Below, piece after piece: positions 41,990-56,333 of a stretch of 64,000 nucleotides of DNA. Position 1 is the stretch's first letter, and the number at the start of each line of letters is the position of its first letter. The stretch is taken from NCBI GenBank assembly GCA_000320545.1, contig ADNK01003348.1, forward strand, positions 1 through 64,000. The letters run 5' to 3'. The stretch comes from Bigelowiella natans CCMP2755. Its lineage: Eukaryota; Protista; Cercozoa. The notes under the pieces were generated by a model. The model worked only from the letters and a program-made list of their open reading frames with translations. It did not search any database and was not told the origin of the DNA. Position numbers and translations under genes: made by a program.

Positions 41990-44864
41990 CTAAAAACTTA
42001 TATTTTTGTATCGTAGTTACTATGCCCCGACCCCCCACCCCTTTCCCTCTTCACGCTACACACGCAAACACACAGGAGCGTCACAACAATCGTCAAGCTA
42101 GCACCAGCTACCTACCACGCGAGTAGTTGCCCCTCCCCTCCTCGATATCTCCTCACGGCGTTTTGCGAACAATTCCCCCATTTTCCTCGTGATCACTATA
42201 TCTATGTCCTCCTTGCCTTCCTCGTCGAAATGAATATCATCGTCGTCGTCGTCGTCGTCGTCATCTTCTATCGTGCAGACAGCGGCTTTTCTCCCCTCCT
42301 TCTCCTCCCCCCCCCCATCTTCATCCTCGTCGTCTTCAAGAATTTCATCGTCGATGCTATCGCCATCGTCATCCTCGACCAACTCCCCTGCTCGACGGCG
42401 CAGATGATGCGGGGAGGGGGCATGACGCATGCGGTCGTACAGAGATCGCATGGAAGGGGGTGACGAGGGGGGGGAGACCGCTTCTTGCCTCAATGCGGAC
42501 TCGAGATCAGATTCTTCTTCGTCTCCCTTCTCATCGTCTCCACCCACGGCGTCATCGTCAATCCCATCATCGACATCATCCTCATCATCAAGCCAAATCA
42601 GGTCATCGTGAATAATGACGTCGTCGTCGTCTTTTTTGTCTTTTCCTCCTCGATCACTTGGTCCTTCCTTCTCCTTCTTCTTCTTCTTCTTCTCCCTCTT
42701 CGGTTTCGCCTTCCCAGCAGCCCCTAGCTCGTTCTTCCTGACGCCGTCTCTCACCGATGATGGCCCTTCGCGGTGTGATCTGTGCTCCTGACGCCCATCT
42801 TCCCCGACACGAACACTATCATCATCATCGTCGTCATCGTCATCAGCGTCGTCGTCGTCATCATCAAAAAACAATGACTCCTTGTTCTTTTTCAGGTCAA
42901 TGCGTTTGCTCTTTCTCGTTCGTTTTCTCGGCAGCGCACCGCCCTGTCTACCTCCCTTCGCCTCCTCCTCCGCCTCCTCCTCGTCGCTCTTGTTGATTCT
43001 GACCAACTTCTTCTTGGTACTGAGAAGAGGGCATTTCGAGTAGGCGTGAATAACGAGGCCATCGACGTCGCACCTGAAATAAATCACGTCAGGACAAGTC
43101 GGACATATTGAATCATTTCTTTGCAGTGGGGGACAAGGTATGTTTGTCAGTGTGCTAGAGGAAGAGAAACGGGGCGGGGGAGGACGCGTGGTTTTATTCG
43201 CGAATATCTTATGAAACTCCCCGCTCTCCAAATAACTGAAAGATATGCTTGCATGCCGCCCCACATCGCAAGAAAGGCCTGAGCAAGTGCGTGTTAGCTT
43301 ACGTTTCGAAGGGGAGGCTTTCGTCTACGTCCTCTATCTCTAGCGTATTTGGATCCTCCAAGAAGTAATACTTCCGTGCTCTTTTCTTTTTGCCGTTCTT
43401 ACCGCGACCACCATCTGTCCGGCGGGCCTTGTTGGTTTCGGCCCTGCTCTTCTGAGCTTTTCTCTCTATCCTCCCCCCCTTGCATGCCCTCCGGTGCGAG
43501 CGTATGGCCAAGATACTGTTAAAGTGCCTGCCGCACCCAGGGCAGACGAAGTCTTCTTTTGGGCCGGTATGCGATGAGGAAGGCGGGTGCGAGGAAGTGG
43601 CAGCAGAGGGCGAAGCCGAATCATCAGAGAGGTAAATGGAGGAGAGGGGGGAGGGGGGCGTCTGCTTCCCGGAAGAAGAGCGCATCTTCATCCTGTTGTT
43701 GCTGTTCGCTTTGTCATTCTCCACGAGCGTCGTTTCTTCTTCTGACGACAGGAAAAAGGAGGACATGTTGGAAGAGGAGACGGTGATGACGGACGGGTCG
43801 GGAGAGGGCGAGGTAGAGCGCAAAGCCGAGGAGGGGGGGGAGGAAGGGAAGAGCGGTTCCGCTGGGGGGGGTATCGTCTTTCTGGTAGGTTGCATCCTCT
43901 TCTTGCACTCTTCCATCTTCATCCTGCGGTTGTTCGACCCGCCCTTCTCCATCATCGCCGTCGCTGTTTTCGCCTCTGATTTCGAGGCTACTACTGCCTT
44001 CGGCCTGTCTCTGTTGTCATCATCCTGTTCTGTGATATCTATCACGAGTCTACTACTGCCGCTGCTCTGAAAACCTGCTGTCCCCCCCTGTACCGTGGTC
44101 CTTTTGACAACGGTTTTTGGTACTTCTGATTCTCGATTCGTATCCTGTTGTAGTCTTTCCTTTGCTGAGGATGAGCGGGTCTTCCTCGACAATTGATGTC
44201 TCTCTTTCAAAACTAGATTCTCATCCTTTTTTGCATGCATTTCTGTTATTGTCCTTTGCTGCCATCTTTTACTGATGTTCTCCTTCTTACCCGTCGTTGT
44301 TGTTGCTGCTGCTACTGCTGCCGTTTTCCTCTTTTTGGTCTTACCCGCCATTTCAAACTTATTCCTATCGGTAGGGTTTTGCTGCAGGTGACCCTTCTTG
44401 TGACGAACTATCTTCCGAGATCTTTCGTGTAATCTTTTACTAATGTTCCCTTCCTTTCCCGTCGTTGTTGCTGCCGCCGTTTTCCTCTTTTTGGCCTTCG
44501 TTGCCAATTCGAACGTTTTCTCATCGTCAGGATTTTGCTGCAGGCGACCCTTGCGACGAAATTCCTTCCGAGATTTTTCCAGAACCATGTTTAAAACAAA
44601 TCTGAAGATAAAAAAAACAAAAAGGGGGATGGAGGTTATCAGTGATGGGTTGAAGGGAATGGCGATTGGTGACGGGTTAATATTCTCGTCGAGTTTCTCC
44701 ATCAAGGTTCATATCCAAGGAACTTACTCATCCTTGAAGTGGGTCACTTTGCGCCTCATCCTCTTCCTACTCTGCTTCTCCTCCAATTTATCGTTATTTA
44801 TGTCTAACATCCTCAGGCATTTGGGCGTAACTTCCCTCTTTCTGTGAAGCTTCCTTCGTGACAT
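41490..44864 (-). CDS. Large low-complexity (K/R/S/D/E-rich) putative nuclear protein with one C2H2-type zinc finger; ends uncertain
   Basis: Long ORFs 43299-44705 and 42098-43264 join in frame via a 66-nt GT-AG intron (43237-43302). FVCPGCGRHFNSILAIRSHRRAC at ~43485-43555. Duplicated LQQNP..KKRKTAA..ISKR motif; acidic tracts. Confidence 0.6.
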
Positions 44865-45030
44865 CCCCGCTTCTTCTGGCACTGAAGAAACACGGTGCTA
44901 ATAGTCCTCAAAGCAATCGTTAGGAGCGATCCTCTTCCTCTAAGAGCTCCCGCGCCCCTGGATGGCGCGCGACTGCAATGCAGAATGTAAATAACGCTGA
45001 CCGATGATAAATTGAAGACATAATTCCTAC

Positions 45031-45054
45031 GCGACATCAAATATTTGATGTCGC
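45031..45054. promoter_or_regulatory. Perfect 24-bp palindrome in a divergent intergenic region
   Basis: GCGACATCAAATATTTGATGTCGC is its own reverse complement. A regulatory role is inferred only from position. Confidence 0.4.
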
Positions 45055-45348
45055 AACAAAAAATAGTACATTTCGCCCAATTCCTTGTCTCTTTGAGATG
45101 CGACGGCTACTGTTTTGCATAGATGAGTGGGGTTTTTTTAGTACGACATACAGAAAATTCTCGGGGAATTAAAATGGCTCGGGCATATTAACACACAGTC
45201 TCAGAACGTTCCTCCTCCTCCCTTCCATTTTCCATCCACCACAGAAGGAACACCACCCTTGGAACTCGAAGAATAGAGGGGAAAGCGAGTGAAAAAGGAA
45301 AGACAAACCGGGTGGAAACATTCTAGTGAAAAATTCAATAGTAAAGCA

Positions 45349-46086
45349 ATGGCAACCCGTGCTTCATTCGAAAATAGCAACGAGATTGGCGTCTTCGCCA
45401 AGCTGACCAACTCATATTGCCTCGTCGGCACTGGAGGCTCTCAAAACTTCTACAGCACGTTTCAGTCGGAGCTTGGAGATCACATTCCGGTAATCCATGC
45501 TTCAATTGGTGGTATGAGAATAGTCGGCAGAATGGTAGTAGGAAATAAGAATGGCCTCCTGGTCCCCTCAACAACGAGAGAAAATGAGCTAAAGCACCTA
45601 AGGAACTCGCTTCCTGACAAAGTCAAAGTCCAACGAATAGAAGAAAAGCTTTCTGCTCTAGGAAACTGTGTCGTGGCCAACGACCATGTTGCCCTCGTGC
45701 ATCCTGACATTGACCAGAACACAGAGGAGCTCATCGCCGACGTGCTGGGGGTGGAGGTATTCCGCCAGGCTATCGCCAAAAACACGCTAGTTGGAAGCTA
45801 CTGCGCTCTAAGCAATCAGGGATGCCTCGTCCACCCGAAGACAACCGTGCCAGAGCAGAAGGAAATTTCATCGTTGTTGCAAGTCCCGGTGTGCGCAGGG
45901 ACTGTCAACAGGGGTAGCAATGTCATAGGGGCAGGGTTGGTAGTAAACGACTGGACTGCGTTCTCTGGAATGGACACGACTTCGACGGAGCTCTCTGTGA
46001 TTGAAAATATATTTAATCTCCAGGATAAGGAGCAGGAGAAGATGGTCAAGGACATGCAAAGTTCCCTCATCGAAGACCTACTCTAA
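45349..46086 (+). CDS. EIF6: Eukaryotic translation initiation factor 6, intronless, 245 aa
   Basis: [83 protein letters not shown]. Confidence 0.97.
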   Translation: MATRASFENSNEIGVFAKLTNSYCLVGTGGSQNFYSTFQSELGDHIPVIHASIGGMRIVGRMVVGNKNGLLVPSTTRENELKHLRNSLPDKVKVQRIEEKLSALGNCVVANDHVALVHPDIDQNTEELIADVLGVEVFRQAIAKNTLVGSYCALSNQGCLVHPKTTVPEQKEISSLLQVPVCAGTVNRGSNVIGAGLVVNDWTAFSGMDTTSTELSVIENIFNLQDKEQEKMVKDMQSSLIEDLL

Positions 46087-46750
46087 TAATGCTAATATTG
46101 GCCATGACTTCGATTTAGATTGAAGGGCAGGTTCGAAAATGAAGGAGGCCCACCTAGGTGTGGCCCGTTTGTCTAGCATGTAGCATTGATTTATTGCGTA
46201 TGGCAGTATATTCTACGTTACGTCATTACATGTTTACATTTCCGTATTATTTGTGACTCATATTTTGCATGCAAAGCAACAGTACTGTACCCTGACTCCT
46301 TCCATGCAAAGCGATGTTACGCTCGCCATACTAACTAGCTAGTATAGCTGATATACTGATGTCGCGCACACATATAGCGCACAGCCCATTGTTCATTGAA
46401 ATGATTTTTGAAGCGACTAGCTGCACATGCATCTAGCTAGCTAGATATATGTCAAATATATAGCTTGGCTTATATAGATGTAAAGCACACCACGATCTGG
46501 TCAGTAGGAGATGTGTGTTGAACAATTGGGAACTAGTCGTAGACATATGCGCACGCACTTATGCAATGATAATTTTATGACCACATTAGCTAGTTAGTCT
46601 ATGGCTTATCGCAAAATGATGTTTAAATACCCATCCATACACAAGCATGGTAATGGAACAAGCAATAAGCTAGTAAGGCTCTAACTTATCGAAGCAGCAC
46701 GGCAATCTATATCTACATAGTCATCTCTCCGCTATGATTTTTCATGTTAT

Positions 46751-48420
46751 TTATCGCCTCGCACACAAGCTCTGGCTCAAATGCAGGAATACCTTCCTAA
46801 ACTCAGTCCAGGGTCCGCGTAACCGCCGCACCAACGCAACACTCGCCATCGACCTTCTCGTCGATGCAGCGCTGCTGCTCTCATGCACTTGGTTGCTACC
46901 GGTGTTATTGCTGTCTCCACCTTTACTGTGATTAGCTATAGCCGCTCCCTTGCCTCGTTCTTCCATCTTGCTAACGGCGGAGGATGGTTTTGGTGGCAGA
47001 GTCGCAACTGCTGCCCTCGCTGCTGGGCCGTCATCATCTCCGTCACCACCATCCTCATCATCAAGGTAAACTTCGATGGCAAGAACCATGTCGGCGTTGC
47101 CTCCGGAAACAGGCAGCCGTACCTCGAGTCGATATCCTTCTCTGCTGTACCGCACACCCGAACCCATTCGCACTAACACCTCCAGCACACGCCCGAGCAA
47201 CATCTGAGGGCTGCACGGTAACTTCATGCGCGTGTAGCACCGCACTGCTACATCGCGATAAGAAGGGGGGGCGGGGAGGGACTTCGAATCCAGGCTGGAA
47301 CTTATCTTTCTCTTGACTGACGTAGGGGAGAGGCTGCTGCTTCTTCTCCTCAGGGAACGCATGCGCGTGGTAGTCCTACTATTCGCAGAGGAGACGTCGT
47401 CTTCCGTGCTGAAATAGATGCGGTAATTTCAAATTCCAACTCAGTTTCTGGCAAGCTTTTGTGTGTGCGAGGGTTAGGGGGGAAGGGGGGGGGGGGGGAG
47501 GATCTCTTATGGATTTGATTCTTTTCGCCATTCAATTTTGACTGCTTGCTTTTTGCCGACTACTACCTTTTCTCTTCGAACGATTCTATCTTCTTCCGCT
47601 CGCTCTCCTGCTCACTGTCGACGATGGTTTTCTTCTGGCTCAGCCTTTTTTTCAGTGCCTCAGCACTCAACGTCTTTCCCTCTGTTAACCACTTTGCTCT
47701 GTCAATAATGATTTTAAGTGAAAGGAAAAGAAGGAGGAGAAGGAGCAGAACAAACAGCACTAGCCTCAACATTTGAAAATAACCGTGGTAGAGACGCACT
47801 CCAATAAAAAAACTTATTTTGAAAAATGATAAAAAATACAAAATGGGTGAACGCAACACAGAGTGTACTTGTGCAATAATCAATAATCAAAATTATAAAA
47901 TTGCTGCTCTTTGGTTTTATATCTGCAGCAAAAGTAATACAGCCGATCGGCTCAAAGCATGCACAAGAAAGGGAAAACCGGGGACGACGGCGACGACGGC
48001 GACTACAACTACTTCTCAATCGCTGGCATTTTCCAGCGCTTTGAAGACCCGACGCTCAGCATGCCCTCGATTATCTCTTAGGAAGATTGGGTGATACAAG
48101 CAGAAATAAAGAAGAAGAACACAGCAAGTCAGCTGACAGAAGATTACTGCAAAACTAGTCTTTACGAACGATGAAGACGCAAACGTAAGATTGGTGTATA
48201 GCGTGTAATCTTAAAGGGTTTGACTACAACAAAGAAGCTTCCAATCATAAGCAGCAATCGTAATCGGACTGCATTGCTACGACACAGCAACGCTTTGGGA
48301 TGATGTTTCTCATATTCTTCACTTTGCCATTATGAAATAAATTCTTGCTGTTCGTTGCATTTCACATGCTCCTTTGTCGTTTTGACCATTGATATTACTT
48401 CTACTCTCATCAGCATGAAT

Positions 48421-48458
<38 letters not shown>

Positions 48459-48965
48459 TGTACCCTTAAACTCAGGATCAAACGGGCGGTTCTGAGTTTC
48501 ATGCGCCTTCCAGAACAGGGAAAACTTGCCCGCCTGGAGCTGCCGAAACCACCAGTCTCTCTTCCCGGGCTCTTGATACCTACCCAGACCGACGTTACAT
48601 TCATCCGTTGAGCAGAGTCAGTATGTATTCATAATACAACTCCTTGTTCGTATAGTCGGAAAATCGCTAGCACGCATTTAGGTAATATGGACATATGATA
48701 AATACATACGCACGCATACATATATAGAAACAACGCATACAGGGTATCAAAAGCAGATATGGGAGCGTGTGCCCCTCCCTCCTCGTTCCCCTCCCATCAA
48801 CCCTAAATTTGCACTCTTTCGTACACTACAAAAGGCTTACGGCGGACATCCTGTGCTCATTATAAAGAGAATCACCCCGCACGACCAAATATCACAAGCC
48901 TATACGAATAGCAATGCAGCAGCAGCCAAAAAGCATTCAGCCAAGCAGCGTGATAACATTAACAC

Positions 48966-49056
<91 letters not shown>

Positions 49057-50000
49057 GCCCCCCCTCCTCACCTTGTCATAGCCGTCGCCCTTATCATCGC
49101 TGCTCTGCACAGACATGAAGACCTCCGGGGCCATATACGCCCTCGTCCCGGTGTAGGTGTGCATCATATCCTGCGCCGTGGAGGCGAAGCCAAAGTCAGC
49201 GAGTTTGAGCTGGAAGTTGGCGTCGAGGAGGAGGTTGTCCGGCTTCAGGTCTCTATGCACTATCCCTGCGTCATGGCACGCCCTCACCCCCGACATCAGC
49301 TGCGAGAAGTACGTCCGAGCGACTTCGTGGGAAAATGACTGCGTGGGGGGAGAGGATCGTCAAATTTCGGCTTACTATGCTAAAATATTTGTCTTACGTT
49401 TAAAATTTCAACTACAATTTTACGACAAGTGTTTTACGACAAGGAGCGAGGGTGGGGCATCTTTGTGCAGACTTATCCGCTATCAGCAAACGCAACCACA
49501 CATTACTACGACTTACCCCAGTGTAAAGCAGATAGTCCAAAAGTTCACCATTGGGCGCAAGCTCCAGGGCAATGTATGGTGCTGGCTCTCCGTCCTCAAG
49601 CTGCGCTTCCATGTTGGATGCGATGAGCTTCAAGACGTGCGGGTGTTTTACCTTCTTCAGCGCTGTGATCTCGGATTTCTGCGTGTTATCAGGTTGTGTG
49701 TACGAGATGCGGGAACTCGGAACAACTTAAATAAATGCGTACTCGATATCTTATTGCGCCCTGTCCATCTCCCTCTTTCTCTCTCCCTCAACCCGTGCTC
49801 CACCTCGTTATGTGTGAGATTACCAGCGCACGTTGCAGTCTCTGGCTTTGCTTTATGCGGCTTTTATTCAGAATCTTGAGGGCTACCAGCTCCCCTGAGG
49901 AAGAATGAGTACCGAGGACGACCTTAGAGGTCAGACCTCGACCCAGTGTCATTCCAAGGATGTAGTCGTCCAGCCGCTCCTCCTTCTTTGAAGTGGCCAT
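46751..50000 (-). CDS. Ser/Thr protein kinase, CAMK group (SNF1/MARK-like), probable C-terminal KA1-like domain
   Basis: LGRGLTSKV, VALKIL, IALELAPNGELLDY, HRDLKPDNLL, KLADFG, TGTRAYMAPE. The last exon ends ..LVRRLRGPWTEFRKVFLHL, a KA1-like pattern. Confidence 0.9.
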
Positions 50001-50798
50001 TGTTCCCCACTCCAGCCTTCTGCCAAATCTCTACCGAGCTGCTTTCTTTCCTGTACTCAAATCTTCTCCTTCCCGGCTTCTTCAAATCGAGAACTATCTA
50101 TTTATCTCTGTGGATGCAGTGTTTTCCCCTCACCGGGTGCGAGAAGAAGTCAGGTGGGCGGAGGGTCGGAGCACTTCCGATGGGAATTCTGCCGAGGACC
50201 GTTCCTGATTAAGTGATTTAGTCGTAAATGTGTTGTCGCTATGTCAAAAACCCCTCGATGTTCCAAGTTTTCTTCTTCGTCTAATTCGTTCCTCTCGCCT
50301 GCAGTAGTAAGTCGTAGTTGCACCGGTGTTTCCCCCAACAAGAACAACAACAAAAACAACAAAAACAACAATGAAATAACCGAAAGAAGCTTCGGCAGGT
50401 CGGCGCTTTTCTCCAGGAGATACACCCTACAGTTGTGTTCCGAACAAAGAAGAGGACCCATTTCTTTTGTTGGGAGCCGGGCGAAGGCATGAAGAGGAAT
50501 GCGACATGATTTAATACAATGTCGCTCATTTATAACCGCATGCAAACGTGGACTCGGCTCTCTATTATTGGCAGGACAACATTTGAACTGAGAACAGCAT
50601 AAAGGAGAAAAAGAAACAAAGGGACGACGAGGCTGCCCACAGGTAGCCGTTCTGTTGGTTGCCCCCTCCCTTCCACCCCCCGCCTACTGAAGGGAAGAGG
50701 GTAGTAGGATTGTTTTGCCATTCGTTGAGAATAAATCGTGAACAGTGTTGATGGGAGTTTTTTCCGTTCCCCGTTCCCAACGGAATTTAGGAAAAAAA

Positions 50799-51993
50799 AT
50801 GTTGTTAAGAAGATCGCTTTTCCGGGGGCCTTTGCCATTGCTGAAGCGGGCCCGAGTCCTGTCAAAATCCTTCTCTTCGGCTCTCCCAGCCACGGAAGGA
50901 AAGAAAAAGTCGAAGGGAACCGACACTACAGTCGCTGGAACCGGATTTAGAAGGTATTTGTGTGCTGATCTACGTGTTGTTCTCATCGATATAATACCCG
51001 TTTGCCTGTGCTAGCTCGGCGGCGAAGGAGGTGAACTTGGAGCCCGTGGACGTTGCCTTCGATGAAATTGCAAGTGCCTATCATCGTATCCGTGGGGATA
51101 TTCTCCGGTATGGGGCGGGGGGCTTGCGATTTCGGGGATCGGTGATGAAGTCGACAATGTGATAATAATGGTGACTATGATAATCAGTACTACCTGTGAT
51201 CGGTCCCACCATCTGAGTAAAGCACTCGGAATGGATCTCTACGTAAAGCGTGAGTATCAACACGAAAGTGGCTCCTTTAAGGTACCAATTCGGAAATGGG
51301 AGGGGGGGATAAGAGAAAGAAGCATCGGTATTTGAGTCTCATATGCGAGCCTGTCCTTCACCTCTATGTCCCCCCCTCTCCTACTGGCTTTTCGTCGCTT
51401 TCTTGTAGCAATTGGGTTTTCGTCTACTCTAAATCCTGAGAAGCATTCAAGTTTGACATGTGAATGCTCTATGTGAAGGAGCGCGGAGCGTGCAACGCCT
51501 TGCATCGTCTTTCGGATGAGCAGAAAAAGAGAGGGGTGATAGCCGCCAGTGCAGGCAACCATGCACTGGCTCTCGCGCGCCATGGGAAGAGGATGGGCAT
51601 CCCTGTCACTGTCGTCATGCCGACGGTTCGCATCTTAATTATGATAATAATTATTATTATTATTATTATTATTATTACTCTCCTTCTTTTGGGAAATTCG
51701 ATCGAAGCTACAAGTACTCGCACCTACGGGGTATGGGGCAGGGGCCGACACTTATACGTCCGAATTCGCTTTCATCGATGTTAACGGATGTGCGTGGTTG
51801 TCGTGTCGGCACACACATACACACACGCGCGCGCGAGGACACCCACGCATCCAGCGAAACATCCGCATATATTTAACGTGTACAAATAAATCCATTTTAC
51901 TTGTAATAGGTGGCTCCAATGACAAAGGTGATGAATTGTCGTGAGTACGGTGCGAAGGTGATGTGATTACACATTAAAATACAAAAACACACG

Positions 51994-52027
<34 letters not shown>

Positions 52028-53356
52028 CAAAGTATAAATGCAATCCTCCTTTTGCCGCACCGCAGGTGGTGATCGCAGGCAAGCACATCGTCGAGGCCAA
52101 AGGGCACGCGGAGCAGCTTGTGGATAAGGAGGGGCTAACGTACATCAACGGTACGCAAAAACATCAGTCTTCGACTAAGCGTGTGTGTGTGTGCGTTGTG
52201 TGTGCCTGTGTGTGTAGCCGTAACCAGTTATCAAACCCTTCGATGGAGATTTGACTGGTTGGTTTTCATCTTGCGAAGGCTACGATCATCCTGACATCAT
52301 CGCGGGTGCGGGTACCGTAGGCTGGGAAGCTCTTGAGCAGGTCTCCCCCCCCCCCCCCCCCCCCCTAAGTATGTCATTGTGCGGCAGTGGAGATTGGCGA
52401 GTTTGTTATCGTTTTGTAACAACACGAACTATCCCTCGAAAAGGTCCCCGACATGGACGCCATAGTTGTACCAGTGGGGGGGGCAGGGCTTATAGCAGGT
52501 AGTAGCAGCAGCAGTAGCGAATGGCGAGGATGATGAAGCTGCCGCCATGTGCCACCCCGCTTTCAGTGACTTTTCCTCATAATTCATAAATACTCGCGTA
52601 CATTATCGAGTGTGGGGGGAAGGGGTTCTTTAAGGACTAGGAATCATCATCATCATCATCATTAACCATCACCACTGTGCTCATCTGATATCCCGTGAAG
52701 GCATCGCCGTCGTGATGAAGACCTTGAAGCCAGACGTGCAAGTAATCGGCGTCGAGCCGAAACTCTGCGCATCCTACACAGCGGCGATCGAGGCTGGCGA
52801 GGTACGTGCGACCGTGACGCTTGCTGCGAAGTAGAGAAGGAAGAAGAAGAAGAAGACGGTTTGATGAAGATGAAGAAGGGCAATTGTGCTCAAGATGGGG
52901 ATAGATGCTGGGAGGGGGATAGGAGGAAAGGGATTGATGCATAATTAGTTTTTAATTGAGGATTGGACATACTAGCTATCATATAAATGGAGAAGGGGGA
53001 GGAGGGGGAGGGTGGAGGTGCGTGCTTGTTTTTCTCCGTATAAGTCAACGATTAAGCGATTGTTATACTGGCCCCTCCCCCCCCCCCCCCTCCTTTAGGT
53101 GGTGGATGGCGTTACTGGTGCGACCCTCGCTGATGGTTTGGCAGTTCCCCGCGTTGGTGATAATGCATTCAAAACTGCACGACACAGAGTGGACAAGGTG
53201 CTAGTATTAGCAGTAGTTGCGGCTGTAGCGTTAATAGTAGTTGTAGTAGTAGTAGTAGTAGGAGGAGGAGGATGAGGAGGAGGAATCGTCATCCTTTTTG
53301 CAATAGTCGGGTTCTCAGCCACGCAGCGTTACAGAAACGAGAAAGATACTAGCCAA

Positions 53357-53387
<31 letters not shown>

Positions 53388-53936
53388 CTTCTTCTTCCGT
53401 CTTCTTCTTCTTTGTCTTCTTCCATTTTTCATCTCTGGTGGCAATTGCTATGTGTGCCCCCGCTCAGATGATATGCGTCGACGAAGGCAGCATCGCCCTC
53501 GCAGTGCTACGGCTCTGTGAGGTCGAAAAGTGCGTCGTGGAGGGGGGGGGGGCAACAGGTAACACTGCGAGATGCACGAAGCTTGCTTTGAATTGCTATA
53601 ACAGCAATGACATCGTCACTGCTGCCGCCATTTTTCCTTCCTCTCCCCACATTGCCATCGCTAAGGCATTCACCACATGACAACCGACAGGGCTAGCAGC
53701 GCTGCTCGAGAACGAGTGCCCTGAGTTGAAAGGCAAGAAGGTACGGCCTCATCGCATGATGTAAAGGAGTCGTCACAGATATCCATCCATCACAGATATC
53801 CATCTAGTGGTTGCTTCTAATAAAAGGGGAGAATCATGCGTGAAATCAACAGTGTGGGATGATGATAAACATAACAACTAATTTTGGTATCTTGCTTTGG
53901 TCGCTGTCGTCGCACCCTCTCTCTTTCTCTTTCTCT

Positions 53937-53984
<48 letters not shown>

Positions 53985-54549
53985 AATCGGTATTTGTTAG
54001 GTCGTGCTGCCTCTATGCGGGGGGAACATCGACATCACGGTCAAAACAGCAGCCGATTCACAAACCGAATCGAGATCGCAACATATAGGATGGATATACA
54101 TCGCTGTTGTTGTTGTTGTTGTTGTTATTTGTTATTATTGTTTTCATTGTTATGGCGATGATGTGGGTGCTCCGGGAAGTGCTGGTGGTGATTCGCAGTG
54201 AGCGCATAAACCCCTCTTTGCTGCCAACGCAACTAACAGCATCACTGTTGGGCAGGTCCTTGGCCGCGTGATCGAGCGAGGTCTAGCTGCTGACGGACGG
54301 CTCATTCGTTTCGTGTCTACTGTTAGCGACCGGCCAGGAGGTCATTTGATAAACAGAAGAATAATATTTTTAAATAGCAATGACGATGGTGGTGATGATA
54401 ATAGCCAAGAAGCTACAAAAAACATCTATAACCGCGCTTCTCGAGATCCATAACACGATTCATGTTGTTGTCGCTGCCATCGAAGCATACGTCTGTAGCT
54501 GATTCACTGAGGACGATGTTCACGTCCCTCCCCCCCCGCTTTTCTGAAT

Positions 54550-54609
<60 letters not shown>

Positions 54610-55135
54610 TATATGTACTAATATATGCATGAATAACTAGGCATCAATGGCGTGACGAAGATCCTCTCCGAGCAGGGCGCTTCTATCAAAGAAATCTTCC
54701 ACGAGCGCGCGTGGCTGCAGTCCAATGTGTACAACGTGCAGATTAAGTGCGTGATCGAGGTCACAGACCGAGAGCATGGGATCAGGGTATTAGCGCACGC
54801 TCCGCCAATTGCTCGTGGTGTTTAAAGCATCGGCTGCTAGATGATGATGATGATATGATGATGATGATGATGGTAGTGGCGGTGTTGCTGGCGATGATAA
54901 CGATTGTAACAGCGATGACGACGACGAGATCATAGATCATAACACAGCGATGCGGTACCGTATTAGACTGATGTTTTTCCTCCGAAAACGTCCCGAAAAC
55001 ATCTAGGTCCACCAAGAGCTGATAAATCAAGGCTACCCAACCCTAATGATGAACGAAAGCGAGGCGGGGAGCGAGTTCTCAGCACAAAGCCAGCAGAAAC
55101 TAGGGCAAATCCGGCCACAGGGGTTACGGATATAA
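50799..55135 (+). CDS. ilvA: Threonine/serine dehydratase (PLP, fold type II) with C-terminal ACT domain and a mitochondrial-type presequence
   Basis: MLLRRSLFRGPLPLLKRAR.. presequence; ESGSFK|ERGA (PLP lysine); AASAGNHA; GYDHPDIIAGAGT; VPVGGAGLIAG; GVEP; TLADGLAVP; VVEGGGATGLAA; LCGGNID; VSDRPGG ACT domain; stop TAA at 55133-55135. Confidence 0.92.
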
Positions 55136-56175
55136 AGCAATAAATGCTTCACATGCATTGCGCGTGCTATGTACTGAAGGAAATCATGCAGTATTATATA
55201 TTAGTATATCGCATGCACGAGAATGTAGCAAGCAGATGCAGTGACGAGGCGAGTGCAGTTTTCGTGGTGAGTAACTCATGTGCATTTGTTTTTCTACCAT
55301 GTTCTAACGCTTGGCGATTAAAATTTCAATTATTCCATGTGTAAGTGCTAAATTACTCTTATTTCGTCATACGCACATGGAGCCATCTAGCCATACTAGC
55401 ATAATGAGCGTCATAATGCGGTGATGAAGTAGCGCATTCTATGCTGGCAATGCTAGAATGCTAGAATGTGCGGCTCAAGCATTACAAGCTGAACCACATC
55501 TGCGATGCATCTATGCTACATGCTAGCATATAAGCATGTGTACACGTACTAGCGTAGGTGCGCACATGCTGAACAACAATGGGTACAGCTATGCATGTTA
55601 TAATCGATCTACACTAATACTTGTGTACAGTGTGCATACCAACATGTGTGCGTATATGTGTTTATGTAATAATAATAGCATGTTTTAATAAAGGGCTATT
55701 TTAGGATGACCATGATTTTAATAAAAGATGCAATCATTCACATTTAGGGCGTTCCGACGACATTAGGATCTAGCGATATTTGTGCACTGGCAGCTAGAGT
55801 CGCATGAAATTGTGGACAGAGGCATGACGATGCGCCCAAATCTAGAAATACCCAGCTGTAGAGCTGGGACAAAGCAAGGCTTGAAGGGCTATGCTAGGTA
55901 AGTATATGTAAACACCATATGCGAAGCTAGGTGTGTGCGTTCGATACATGCATCCACTGCTGCGCGCCACTCCAACATTATCATTCCCGCAAATTTGCGG
56001 TGCAACGTCTGGACGCGCGTCGATGGGATGGGCTATTAAGTTAACAATACTAATAACCGAAATGTAAATAGAAGTAACAAAGAATGAATACGATCTAGAA
56101 TTGCTGATGAAGTATGATCTTTCTCATCAACTCCAATACCGATATGGTAATATCCTAAATTTGTACGCTGGTAGC

Positions 56176-56210
<35 letters not shown>

Positions 56211-56333
56211 ACTTTTTCTGTCACGGTTGATGCTAGGACAGACAACACAGACCTCGAAGAACCATCAGAATATGGTGATGGCGATCTAAAATATAGAATA
56301 GAAGCAGGGAGAGGGCGGGAGGGAGAAGTTTTC

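Noticed and set aside
43279-43302. Apparent 24-nt mini-intron (GTAAG..CAG)
   Set aside because: It leads to an early stop. The downstream acceptor (66-nt intron) restores the long reading frame.
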